Shown here piece by piece: positions 28,724 through 39,029 of a stretch of 51,369 bases of DNA. The stretch comes from Planktothrix sp. (lineage in GTDB: Bacteria > Cyanobacteriota > Cyanobacteriia > Cyanobacteriales > Microcoleaceae), in assembly GCA_048595135.1 (NCBI GenBank), contig JBMDYE010000129.1, positions 1 to 51,369 of the forward strand, in the 5' to 3' direction. Positions within the stretch are counted from its first letter, which is position 1, and each line of letters begins with the position of its first letter. The translations under genes were made by a program, and so were the position numbers. The notes beneath the pieces are model-generated. The model had not been told where the DNA came from. It saw only the letters and a program-made list of their open reading frames with translations, and did no database searches.

Positions 28724-30838
28724 TTAACCCACCGTCGCCACATTATAACGACTGGTTAATTTATCCAATTGTTTGGTTAATAAACTCAGGAATAATCCCA
28801 CATCAGTCACAACGCCGATCGATTCAACAGAACCGCGATCGCTCAGTTTTGTCACCACCGCCGGGTTAATATCCACACAAACCATTTTCACCCCAGAAGG
28901 CGTCATATTTCCAACCCCAATGGAATGCAGCATCGAAGACAACATCAGAATCATATCCGCGCCTTTGAGCAATTCGGCATAATGTTCTTGAGCTTTAATT
29001 AAATCCATGTGGGTATCGGGGAGGGGGCCATCATCCCGAATTGAACCCGCTAGGGAGAAGGGAACATTATGTTTCACGCATTCATACATAATGCCACTGG
29101 AAATCACCCCTTGTTCAACGGCGGCGGCAATACTTCCACAACGACGAATGCTGTTAATCACTTTCAAATGGTGGCGGTGTCCCCCTTTGACGGCGACGCC
29201 TTGTTTCATATCGACACCGAGGGAAGTTCCCATGATCGATTGTTCCATATCGTGAACCGCGATCGCATTTCCCCCTAACAACGCCTGGACATAGCCTTCG
29301 CGGATCAACCGGGAGAGGTGTTCCGCACCACCCGTATGGATCACCACGGGGCCAGCCGTTACCACTACTTTACCGCCACGATCGCGAATTTGGCGCAATT
29401 CCCAAGCGACTTGTTCCACAATTAACTCAACGCGGCGTTCACTGGAAACTCCCGCCGACATAAAGCTAAATTCTTGAGTGTTGCGTTGTTCGCGAGATTC
29501 GGTTTTGCGAATAGTACGAATACCGACGACATCCACCACCACTTGTTCGCCAACTTCTAAGTCGCGGAGAATCTTGCATTTGGCGACTAAACCGTCGGGC
29601 GTTTGGGAAATGGCGATCGCACCGTCCATCCGTTGATTTTGAACCGTGATCCATTCTCCATTCACCCGCACTTCCGTCGGATAAATGGTGCTGACATAGA
29701 AATCATCTGGCGCCACCCCATTTTTCAGGACGGGTTCTAACTTCGCATCCCGCAGATCTTGATCCACAGACACCACGCCAATATCAATTAATTGGCTCAT
29801 AATTTCTTCCATGACTTCATGGGAAGGTGCTGTGATCTTAATATCCGCTTTGGAAGTGCTTTGGCGTTGTTCTCCTAAGTTAAAATTCAGGACTTGGAAG
29901 CTACCGCCCCCTTCAACCACTAAATCTAAGGCGCGGTTAATTAAGCCTGCATCTAAGAGGTGTCCTTCCATGCGGACGGTGCGGCTTTCGATATTGACGG
30001 CGGCGTGGCGATCGCCAATAATCGGTTCAGTCACCCGCAGCGTCAAACATTTCGCAGCGCCGCCGGCTTTGAGAAATTCCGTTAACGGTGTTTCAAGAAC
30101 GGTAAAGCCTGCTTCTTGCAGTTTAGCTTTTAAGTTATCGCTGGCTTTGTTCATAATCACCGTTTGATTAATATTCACGGTGTTACAAGCAAAGTTAATG
30201 GCGTCGGGTTCTTCCACAATAATGCGTTTTTCGGGAGGAACTCGCAGTTCAATTAAACGATTAGAATAGGAGTCAAAAGCCGGAGGATAATACATCAAAT
30301 AACCGCCTGTCAGAGGACAGAAGCAGGTATCGAGATGATAAAAGCGTTCATCCATTAACCGCAGAGACAGCACTTCAATATCCAGCCATTCTGCGATCAG
30401 GGGGTGGGAGTCGAGTTCTGACCGGAAGCCATAGCCCGCCCAGAGATAGCGTCCTTCCCGATCAAATAAGGCATCTCCAGCGCCTTCAAAGGGTAAATCT
30501 TTGGGGAGTTCATGAACGGTGAAGCCTTGGCTTTCAAACCATTCTTTAAAATACGGTTCTTCGCCTTGGCGTTCTTTATGATAAAAACGACTCAGAACAA
30601 CGGTTTTGTCGAGAACTAATCCCGCGTTGGCGGTGAATACCATGTCCGGCCAACCTTTGGCGGGGGTTACTAAGTCAACGATGGCGTGATCTTTGAGGGT
30701 ATGATAAAGTTTTTGCCATTGTTCTCTGGCGCGATCAAAGGAAGATTTGTGGATGTTGCCCTCCATCCAGGGATTGATTACATAGTCCACATCATAGTGG
30801 TCTGGAGGACACATGAGAATGCGAATTGATTCTGTCAT
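28724..30838 (-). CDS. argZ: Bifunctional arginine dihydrolase / ornithine cyclodeaminase-like protein (ArgZ/AgrE family)
   Basis: About 704 aa counted from the ATG at 30838; the ORF track begins at a TTG 9 nt upstream. An N-terminal guanidino-group-modifying fold (MCPPDHYDVDYVINPWM) is joined to a C-terminal LOR/SDH-like domain. Size and architecture match Synechocystis Sll1336 and Anabaena AgrE as I recall them. Confidence 0.85.
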   Translation of the reverse strand: MTESIRILMCPPDHYDVDYVINPWMEGNIHKSSFDRAREQWQKLYHTLKDHAIVDLVTPAKGWPDMVFTANAGLVLDKTVVLSRFYHKERQGEEPYFKEWFESQGFTVHELPKDLPFEGAGDALFDREGRYLWAGYGFRSELDSHPLIAEWLDIEVLSLRLMDERFYHLDTCFCPLTGGYLMYYPPAFDSYSNRLIELRVPPEKRIIVEEPDAINFACNTVNINQTVIMNKASDNLKAKLQEAGFTVLETPLTEFLKAGGAAKCLTLRVTEPIIGDRHAAVNIESRTVRMEGHLLDAGLINRALDLVVEGGGSFQVLNFNLGEQRQSTSKADIKITAPSHEVMEEIMSQLIDIGVVSVDQDLRDAKLEPVLKNGVAPDDFYVSTIYPTEVRVNGEWITVQNQRMDGAIAISQTPDGLVAKCKILRDLEVGEQVVVDVVGIRTIRKTESREQRNTQEFSFMSAGVSSERRVELIVEQVAWELRQIRDRGGKVVVTAGPVVIHTGGAEHLSRLIREGYVQALLGGNAIAVHDMEQSIMGTSLGVDMKQGVAVKGGHRHHLKVINSIRRCGSIAAAVEQGVISSGIMYECVKHNVPFSLAGSIRDDGPLPDTHMDLIKAQEHYAELLKGADMILMLSSMLHSIGVGNMTPSGVKMVCVDINPAVVTKLSDRGSVESIGVVTDVGLFLSLLTKQLDKLTSRYNVATVG

Positions 30839-31214
30839 TTTTAACAATAGGGTAGACGCTTAGAATTTCTACCGATACTAGATTTAAGTTACTGCTCCGT
30901 CCCGATTCTTTTATAGAAACGGGGAATTTTGAGCGATGAAAAGCCAACTTTTAATTATATCACGAGGATACGGTTGGCTTTTCCCGGGTTGGGGATTATG
31001 TTATGAAATCTTGATATTAAGTTTCTGTTAGTTTAGTTACAGTTTTTGCAGGTTTTGTTGCGATCGCGTGTTCACTAAACTCTTGCCAGTCAAGGGATTT
31101 CTTGAAAAGAAAAATTGCCAGTAGCCACTTAAGAAAAATAGAGATTGATTTTAAAGGGTTAATTTTAAAACTTAGATAAAATCCATTTCAATTCAATTAA
31201 TAAGAACTAGGATA

Positions 31215-31250
31215 GTCAGGCTAAACCACCGTTTATCCTGACATTTTTTT
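31215..31250 (+). terminator. Orphan terminator-like hairpin in an ORF-free gap
   Basis: GTCAGG-16 nt-CCTGAC is followed by T7 (31244-31250). No annotated ORF lies upstream on this strand. Confidence 0.35.
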
Positions 31251-31875
31251 AGCTGTGAAATCAAGTTCTGGCATTGGGAGGGGTTGTTTAAAGATTTTAT
31301 TTCACCCATAAACCACCTGAATCAACTTGCCTCTCTAAGGATCTGAAACTCTAAATATCGGGGATTGATGGGCAGAGCATCGTCCTACTCAATTCATTTT
31401 ACGAGGTTTAAGTTCTTTTTAACTTGCTTACGAAATCGTTAAATTCTGGATAATTAAGCCAATCTCCATCACAATAGAAATAGAAGCAGAACACCATCGC
31501 ATGATTCCGACAAATCAGAAGAATGATGGGAGAAGCAAATTTTGCAAGTACAGTCAAGTTGTCATCAGTCTTAAGCTAGATTCTGTATCGGACTCAAGAC
31601 GACAGAGGTTGATTTTATGATTGTTTCAACCTAGAGATTAACTGACAAAACTTGCTATTGTTGTTTAAGGTTGAAAAATGTGTTGATCTTGCTCACTGAT
31701 GGATTGTTCCACCGCAACTCGACCCGTCTTCTCTGCTTGTTCATGGTTCTGTGAGAACCTCTCGACGCCTAAAACAATTTGGCTTTGAGGGTCGTTGTAT
31801 CCTGTGCTAGCCGTAACGGCGAGGTCACCTCGTCCCATAAACGGACGCTGATTTTCTCTGGAGGATTAACTTTAA

Positions 31876-34800
31876 ATGTTCCCCCAAACTGACCTCCAAA
31901 CCTTTGTTCAGGTTGTGCCTGTTTGCTGCACTGAGGCTCCGCTAGAAACGCTGCGGTTAATTTTTTCTGAAGGAAACTGTGAACAGGTGATCATTGTCAA
32001 CCCACAGAACCATCCCCTGGGTTTGGTTTCCTTGCATCGGTTATTGCCCTATCTGCTGAACTCCTCCCGTTTAAACTGGCACCAACCGCTATCGACTGTC
32101 AACCATGGGCTGATGACCTCCCTACGTTTAGTTCCCGCCCATCTGAACTTAGAAACATTAGGATTATATCTGCAACAACAAACGGATCATTTAACCGAAG
32201 TCACTGCGCCTTTAGCGTTGGTGAATGACAACGGAGAATTTATCGGACTGGTTAATAACTTACAAGTATTGCAGTATTTAACTCAACAGTCGCTTTCCCT
32301 CAATCCTGTTCAACCCCCCAAACCCGCCCTGAAAGACGCTTTATTGTCGGCGCGTTTAATTGACTTTTTAGATGAACTGCCTATCCCATTAATGCTGCAA
32401 ACCGAGGATAGGACACTTGTTCATCAAAATTCGGCTTGGCAATCTTTAATTGGTAATAGTCCAGAACAGTTGCAAGAAGTGGCGGCATCTGTCACCCGTT
32501 GGACGTTTCCGACCCCTGCCACAGTGGCGGTTCCCAGCCCCACCCCTTTGTCTTCCGTAGAATCCGGTGCTGTTCCCTTCAGAAATCGGGGTTCTAGCCA
32601 TTTGCCCGAACCACTGCCCGAACCCGCTTCCGAGGAAACGGCGGCGTTACAAATGCCGAGTTGGTGTCAATTGGGCAACCAACCGGACACTTATATTTGC
32701 GTTTGTCCGATGCCCAATAACCAAGAACGGGTTTGGCAATTTACCCGCCAACGGTTGAATCCTGAATGTCAGACCCCCAACGAGTGGGCGACTGACCCGG
32801 AATTAATAGGGGTTCTTAATCATTCCGTTTGGCTGGTTCTCGCTCAAGACATTACTGAACAACATCGAGTCGCCCAAGAATTAACCGCTAAAAATGCCGA
32901 TTTAATTCAACTGAATCGCCTTAAAGATGAATTTTTAGCTTGTATTAGTCATGAATTAAAAACCCCCTTAACCGCCGTTTTAGGTCTTTCGAGTTTATTA
33001 AAAGACCAAATGTTAGGACAATTAAACGACCGCCAAGCCCGCTATGCCGAATTAATTCATAAAAGCGGTCGTCATTTGATGTTAGTAGTCAATGATATTT
33101 TAGACTTAACTCGAATTGAAACGGGACAATTAGAATTAAGTCCCGAACCGATTCAAATTCGCGCCGTTTGTGAACGGGCGTTTGAAATTGCCCTCCAACA
33201 ACATCAAGAACAAGATAAATCGGAAGCCCTCCCCAAAACCGATTCTTTAACCGCCACTAAACCTCGATTTAAGTTAGAAATAGAAGCGGGTTTAGAATCC
33301 TTTGTTGCCGATGAACTGCGATTGCGGCAAATGTTAATTAATCTGCTTTGTAATGCCTTAAAATTTACCCCCAACCGCAGTGGTTTTGGTTTAAAAGTCA
33401 GTCGTTGGGAAAATTGGATTGCCTTTACCGTTTGGGATAAAGGAATCGGCATTCCTGAAGACAAACAACATTTAATTTTTCAGAAATTTCAACAACTAGA
33501 AAGTCCCCTAACCCGCAAATTTGAAGGCACCGGATTAGGATTAGTATTAACCCAACGACTGGCGCGGTTACATGGCGGCGATGTCAGCTTTATTTCTAAA
33601 CCGGAAAAAGGCAGTCAATTCACCTTATTATTACCGCCGCGTCCTCCGTCGGTGAATTGGGAATTTGACGAAAATACCACTCAGGAACGCCGGGAATTAT
33701 ATCCGCCCACTCGTTCTAATCCGATGTCTCAATCTCGGTTAGTGTTAGTGGTCGAAGCAGTTCCCCAATTTATTCAAACCCTCAGTAATCAACTCACCCA
33801 TTTAGGATATCGAGTGGTCATTGCTCGTTCAGGAACAGAAGCCGTTGAAAAAGCCCGTCGTCTGCAACCGAAAGTAATTTTACTCAATCCGTTGCTACCG
33901 TTATTATCGGGTTGGGATGTTTTAACGTTACTGAAAACCGATAATCAAACTTATGAAATTCCGGTGATTATCACGGCGACTTTAGCCGATAAACAACGGG
34001 CAATGGTGAACCGTTGTGATGGATTTTTAAGCTTACCTGTTCATGCTTTAGACTTACAACAAGTGTTAGCTGAATTAATTCCTGAACCGAATTTAACACC
34101 ACCGGAACCGTTAATGATTCTTTGGTTAAGTTTAAATGATGGTTCATCCGTTTTAACAAAAGAATCTGAAAGTTTTGTCTATTCTACTACTGAGGATTTA
34201 GAAGCGGGATTCATTCCCCCTTCTATTTATCGTTCTGCGTTATTTTTACCCCATTTTTCCCACTGTCGAATTTTAGAAGCCGATGACTTAAATCAAGCCC
34301 TAATGATTGCTCAAATTTGGCGTCCGAATGTTATTGTTTTAGAACGTCATGCTTCTGTAGAAAACCCCTTAACTTTTCTGAGTAAACTGAGCGAACAAGA
34401 AAGTTTAGCTCGTTTACCCATTGTTACCCTTGATTCGGTCACCACTCAAGTCGCTAACCAAATTAAAAACTTATCAATTTTTCCCTGTTTAACCCATGCT
34501 TCTGAGGAAAATCAAACTGCCCAAGATGCCTTTATGCAAACGGGAACCGCCTTATTAGAAGTGATTCAAATTGCCACTCGCTTAAGTTGGAAACCGAATA
34601 TTTTAGTGATTGATTCTTTACTTTTCCCTAAAAAACAACCCGGAAATGAATCAAAAATGAATTCAGGAACGGGAGAGAATCATCGCTCCTCAAGTTCTTG
34701 TAATTTTAACCCGAAATCCAAAATTTCTAACCCTCGCAAACCTTCAACGGTTAAACTGCAAAATCAAGAGGGTAATGATGTTAATTCTCAATTAGATAAA

Positions 34801-35211
34801 GCCTTACTACAATATATTGAAATTGCAGGATTTCGCAGCATTATGGGACAAAGTTGGCCGGAGATTCTTCAGCAGATTCAATGTCAAAGTATTGATTTAA
34901 TTTTAATTTGTTTACGAGACAAGTCTTATATTAATCTCGTTGATTCTTTGCATTCCATTGAACAAATGCTGAAAAAAATTCCCATTATTGTCTTACCCCA
35001 TTCTCCGTTAAAATTATCCCTGAAATCTGAAAAAAGTCAAAAATCTAAAAAAGAAACGGGAACTGAGTTACAGGGGTTTACTGCTTCAGAAATGCAAACG
35101 TATCTACAACGCTTAAATTCTAGCTTACGGCTGAAAATTATGCCGAATCAAACCTCTGGAGAACAACTCCTAGAACAAATTAAGATTCTTCTGACTCAAG
35201 TTAAAGCTTAA
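31876..35211 (+). CDS. Sensor histidine kinase with a CBS/PAS-like N-terminus and three degenerate (pseudo-)receiver domains
   Basis: 1111 aa. It has an H-box (FLACISHELKTPLT) and G-boxes (DKGIGI, GTGLGL). Three REC-like modules follow in which the phospho-acceptor Asp is replaced (VILLNPLLP, VIVLERH, LILICLRD). Confidence 0.85.
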   Translation: MFPQTDLQTFVQVVPVCCTEAPLETLRLIFSEGNCEQVIIVNPQNHPLGLVSLHRLLPYLLNSSRLNWHQPLSTVNHGLMTSLRLVPAHLNLETLGLYLQQQTDHLTEVTAPLALVNDNGEFIGLVNNLQVLQYLTQQSLSLNPVQPPKPALKDALLSARLIDFLDELPIPLMLQTEDRTLVHQNSAWQSLIGNSPEQLQEVAASVTRWTFPTPATVAVPSPTPLSSVESGAVPFRNRGSSHLPEPLPEPASEETAALQMPSWCQLGNQPDTYICVCPMPNNQERVWQFTRQRLNPECQTPNEWATDPELIGVLNHSVWLVLAQDITEQHRVAQELTAKNADLIQLNRLKDEFLACISHELKTPLTAVLGLSSLLKDQMLGQLNDRQARYAELIHKSGRHLMLVVNDILDLTRIETGQLELSPEPIQIRAVCERAFEIALQQHQEQDKSEALPKTDSLTATKPRFKLEIEAGLESFVADELRLRQMLINLLCNALKFTPNRSGFGLKVSRWENWIAFTVWDKGIGIPEDKQHLIFQKFQQLESPLTRKFEGTGLGLVLTQRLARLHGGDVSFISKPEKGSQFTLLLPPRPPSVNWEFDENTTQERRELYPPTRSNPMSQSRLVLVVEAVPQFIQTLSNQLTHLGYRVVIARSGTEAVEKARRLQPKVILLNPLLPLLSGWDVLTLLKTDNQTYEIPVIITATLADKQRAMVNRCDGFLSLPVHALDLQQVLAELIPEPNLTPPEPLMILWLSLNDGSSVLTKESESFVYSTTEDLEAGFIPPSIYRSALFLPHFSHCRILEADDLNQALMIAQIWRPNVIVLERHASVENPLTFLSKLSEQESLARLPIVTLDSVTTQVANQIKNLSIFPCLTHASEENQTAQDAFMQTGTALLEVIQIATRLSWKPNILVIDSLLFPKKQPGNESKMNSGTGENHRSSSSCNFNPKSKISNPRKPSTVKLQNQEGNDVNSQLDKALLQYIEIAGFRSIMGQSWPEILQQIQCQSIDLILICLRDKSYINLVDSLHSIEQMLKKIPIIVLPHSPLKLSLKSEKSQKSKKETGTELQGFTASEMQTYLQRLNSSLRLKIMPNQTSGEQLLEQIKILLTQVKA

Positions 35212-35474
35212 TTTGTTTTGCTAAAATAAGGTACTTTCAATCAACAGCCAGACTGACTCTGTTGGTCTTGTCCTGCTCAACCGAGAATCAACCGTTGTTC
35301 TGAGAGGTTCATCATTGGGGTGTATTTACGACATAAGATAACATAGCACTACGCATTACGGTTAAGACAGAGAGAATAACTGTAATTGTGTCGATGATTA
35401 AGAATTCTCCTGGCTCATACAGCGTAGCTGCTATAAAAGTGTTCTAATCAGGATGTTAGCCCGGTATCCAGACT

Positions 35475-37220
35475 ATGACTCAAAAATCGATTACAACCGT
35501 CGTAAATTCTAATTCCCAGCGGAATTTTACCTTCACTAAACGTGGGTTGGTTTCACTAATAGGTGGATTTTTTACCACATTAATTGCCGCTTTCCCTGTT
35601 CAGGCAGCCGAGGATGTTTCCTTAACCTTTGGAAATGCTAAAATCACCGTGTCTGTAGAAGCGTTAGAAGCCTATGCGAACTCAGGAACGGTTGATCCCA
35701 AATTAAGAAGTTTTTTGCTGATCTTGAATGGAGAAGATCAAGAACAGTTTAAAAATGTCTTACTTGATCCCCATAAAATCGACTCGGTGATGCTATCTCA
35801 ATTTTTAAATTCCCGGACAGGAGATATATTTTTAAGGAAACTAGGCAATATTATTCAAGCTGAAAGAAACCTACAAGATTCAGTAGCCATTCAAAATGGA
35901 TCAGAAGCGATTAAAACAGCTTTAATTAAATCAAGTCAAGAGCCGGAAGGAATCACGTTACTGAATATTCTACGGCAATTTCCCAATCCAGAAATTCAAC
36001 TCAATATCCAACATATTTTTCAACTGCGGAGCCAGGTAAATGACCTCCTAGAAGAAACCAATGCCGTTGTTGCAGAAATTGTTAAATTATCCTCAGAAGA
36101 AATGGCTTTAGCTCCTACGATTGATTATAGTAAAAAAAGAGATTTAAAGCAATCAGGAGACTTTCAAGTTAACAAAAAAACGTTAACGTTAAAAGATACT
36201 CAACGGAATCGAGAATTAGTCGTTGATCTTTATATTCCCAGTCCATTAAGTGCCGTTAAACGGGGAAAAGTTAATTCTATTCCCATTATTATGATTTCTC
36301 ACGGATTAGCCGCTAACCGCGCTAATTTTGCTTATTTAGGAGAACATTTAGCCTCTCATGGATTTTTAGCGGTTCTTCCTCAACATCCAGGGAGTGATAC
36401 GGATCAACTCCAAGCTTGGTTATCCGGTCAAGTTTCCGATGGATTTCAAGTCACTGAATTTATTGACCGACCCCTCGATATTCACTTTATTTTAAATGAA
36501 TTAGAAGCGCGAAATGCCAGTGAATTTAATGGTCAGTTAAATCTGCAAAAAGTTGGGGTAGCGGGTCATTCTTTTGGGGCTTATACTGCCTTAGCCGTCG
36601 CCGGAGCTAAAATTGATTTTAATAATTTAAGAAAAGAATGCACACATCAGTTTAATTCGATTAATTTAGCCCAGATTTTCCAATGTCGAGCCTTAGAACT
36701 GCCCGAACAAACCTATAATTTTAGAGATGAACGGGTAAAAGCCATTGTGGTAATGAATCCGGTTAATAGTAGTATTTTTGGGCAACAAAGTTTAAGCAAA
36801 ATTTCAATTCCGGTGTTCTGGAAAACCAGTGGAAAAGATACCGTCGCGCCTGTTGCTTGGGAACAAGTGCGATCCTTTACCTGGTTAACGACCCGGCAAA
36901 AATATTTATTATTAGCAGAAGGCGATCGCCATATTAACCTGAATTTAAACTTAATGAATCAAACCCTGAGTGCCTCTTTAAAAGAAATTGTTGCCCCCGT
37001 TCCTGAACCTGTAACCGAATATATTCGCGCCTTTAGTCTGGCTTTTTTTGAAGCCTATGTCAGAGAAGATCAAACCTATAAATCTTATCTAAATGCGTCC
37101 TATGCTAAAACCATTAGTCAAGAACCTTATCCCCTCAGCTTAGTTCATTCTCTTTCAGCCGAACAGTTTTTACAAGTGTTAGAAAGTCGGCCAAAAACTC
37201 GATCTTCCGAACCTAACTAA
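35475..37220 (+). CDS. Secreted DUF1400-type domain + alpha/beta hydrolase, paralog 1
   Basis: 581 aa. It has a signal/anchor, an N-terminal module (ITVSVEALEAYANSG) and a hydrolase core (ISHGLAANRANFAYLGEHLASHGF, GHSFGAYTAL). Confidence 0.8.
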   Translation: MTQKSITTVVNSNSQRNFTFTKRGLVSLIGGFFTTLIAAFPVQAAEDVSLTFGNAKITVSVEALEAYANSGTVDPKLRSFLLILNGEDQEQFKNVLLDPHKIDSVMLSQFLNSRTGDIFLRKLGNIIQAERNLQDSVAIQNGSEAIKTALIKSSQEPEGITLLNILRQFPNPEIQLNIQHIFQLRSQVNDLLEETNAVVAEIVKLSSEEMALAPTIDYSKKRDLKQSGDFQVNKKTLTLKDTQRNRELVVDLYIPSPLSAVKRGKVNSIPIIMISHGLAANRANFAYLGEHLASHGFLAVLPQHPGSDTDQLQAWLSGQVSDGFQVTEFIDRPLDIHFILNELEARNASEFNGQLNLQKVGVAGHSFGAYTALAVAGAKIDFNNLRKECTHQFNSINLAQIFQCRALELPEQTYNFRDERVKAIVVMNPVNSSIFGQQSLSKISIPVFWKTSGKDTVAPVAWEQVRSFTWLTTRQKYLLLAEGDRHINLNLNLMNQTLSASLKEIVAPVPEPVTEYIRAFSLAFFEAYVREDQTYKSYLNASYAKTISQEPYPLSLVHSLSAEQFLQVLESRPKTRSSEPN

Positions 37221-37291
37221 TGCAGAATACAATATTGTTAAGCCTTCTGATTCTGACTTCTGCCCTCTCAAACAATTAGGAAATCGCAATT

Positions 37292-38929
37292 ATGCGTTGG
37301 TTTCACGCTTTAACGTTAGCAACTGTCTTAACGATTGGATCAGCTTTTCCTGGGGTTGCCGCTGATTTTATCGTCTTACCCCTTGGCAAAAATAATGTAA
37401 AAATTTCCGTCAATTCTTTAGAAACCTATGCAAAAGGAGGTCAATTAAATCAAGATGATCCGTTGTTTCCCTATCTGAAATTATTAAATCCTCAACAAGA
37501 ACAAAGCTTCCGAAAAATCTTACAATCTCGTTATTCTCCCCAAGGGGTTTCGATTGATCAATTCTTAAATTCTCCTTTAGTCGCTGGACTTTTAATTAAC
37601 CTTGGAAAACTATTACAAACTCAGTCGGGAGACAATGGCGCCAGTGCGATCCAAACGGCGGTTGTTCAAGCGGCTAAGACTTCCCCTGACTTTACCCTTT
37701 TAGAGATTATCCGTCAGTTTCCCAGTCCTGAAATTCGGGTGAATCTGGAGCAAGCGGTGGGAACAATGGCAGAATTATTAACGTTAGTTCAGCAAACGGA
37801 ATCGGCTTTTAATCGTTTAGAAGAATTATCAAAACTTGAAGCAGCAACAACAACCCCTGTTAATTTTAATCAAATGCAAGATTTAAGAAAACAGGGGAAC
37901 TTAAAGGTTTCTAAGCAAACCATTTCTGTTCCTAGTTCTCAAGGCAATGGTTCCTTTGAGGCTGATGTTTATTTTCCGGAACTTAACTCCAATCAATTTT
38001 CCTATCCTGTCCTGGTCATTTCTCATGGTTTAGCGTCCCACCGTTCTCGGTTTGAAAATTTAGCAAAACATCTCACTTCCTACGGATTTGCGGTGGCAGT
38101 TCCGCAACATTTAGGCAGTGATTATCAACATTTTCAATCTTTAATTCATGGGAATACGGAGAATTTATTAGAACCGGAAGAATTTCTAAACCGACCCAGG
38201 GATATTACCCAGTTACTGAATGAACTAGAAACATTAAATAGTTCCTTATTTAAAAATCAGTTAAATCTAGAAAATGTCGGGATTATTGGTCATTCGTTAG
38301 GGGGATATACCGCTTTAGTATTAGGGGGAGCTACCCTCAATTTTACCCAACTTAAAACCGACTGTGAACGGGAAGAAATTCCCTTAAATCCGTCTCTTTT
38401 TCTTCAGTGTTTAGTCTTAAAAATTCCTGAAGCTAATTATAATTTACAAGATCCAAGAGTGCAAGCTGTTTTAGTTTTAAATCCATTAAATAGTAGCGTT
38501 TTAGGAGAATTAGGATTAAGCCGAATTCAAGTTCCTGTGATGATGGCAACGAGCAGTGCTGATTTCTTAACCCCTGCGGTATTAGAACAAATAAAATCCT
38601 TTACTTGGCTGACAACTCCCCATAAATATTTAGTGGTTCAAAATCGAGCGAATCATTTTTTTGATATCAGAGACAAAGATAACTCAGAACAATCCGTCAT
38701 TTCTTCGTTAGTTTCTCCGAGTTCTGAAATTAATCATGGTTATATTAGAGCCTTAAGTGTTGCATTTTTTAAAACCTATATTACTCAAGATTCTCAATAC
38801 AAACCCTATCTCAATGCCGCTTATACTCAAACAATTACTAACTCTAATTATCCTCTCAGTTTAGTGCAATCTTTCACCCCAGAGCAATTCGCTGAAGTGG
38901 TTAAGCGTAGAACATTTCCCCAAGAATAA
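37292..38929 (+). CDS. Secreted DUF1400-type domain + alpha/beta hydrolase, paralog 2
   Basis: 545 aa with the same block order (ISVNSLETYAKGG, ISHGLASHRSRFENLAKHLTSYGF, GHSLGGYTAL). Confidence 0.8.
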   Translation: MRWFHALTLATVLTIGSAFPGVAADFIVLPLGKNNVKISVNSLETYAKGGQLNQDDPLFPYLKLLNPQQEQSFRKILQSRYSPQGVSIDQFLNSPLVAGLLINLGKLLQTQSGDNGASAIQTAVVQAAKTSPDFTLLEIIRQFPSPEIRVNLEQAVGTMAELLTLVQQTESAFNRLEELSKLEAATTTPVNFNQMQDLRKQGNLKVSKQTISVPSSQGNGSFEADVYFPELNSNQFSYPVLVISHGLASHRSRFENLAKHLTSYGFAVAVPQHLGSDYQHFQSLIHGNTENLLEPEEFLNRPRDITQLLNELETLNSSLFKNQLNLENVGIIGHSLGGYTALVLGGATLNFTQLKTDCEREEIPLNPSLFLQCLVLKIPEANYNLQDPRVQAVLVLNPLNSSVLGELGLSRIQVPVMMATSSADFLTPAVLEQIKSFTWLTTPHKYLVVQNRANHFFDIRDKDNSEQSVISSLVSPSSEINHGYIRALSVAFFKTYITQDSQYKPYLNAAYTQTITNSNYPLSLVQSFTPEQFAEVVKRRTFPQE

Positions 38930-39029
38930 TGATCTAGACTGGGAAATTCTCACGTTTTTATTGAATAAAAATTTACGGCTAGCATTTTTAATGCTAAAAT
39001 TAGCTCAATTATTTTAATTGACTCCATCA

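Noticed and set aside
31501-31620. A short ATG-initiated frame of about 40 codons in the 1-kb gap upstream of the kinase.
   Set aside because: It has no SD, unremarkable composition and no motif, so it is indistinguishable from a chance ORF in AT-rich DNA.
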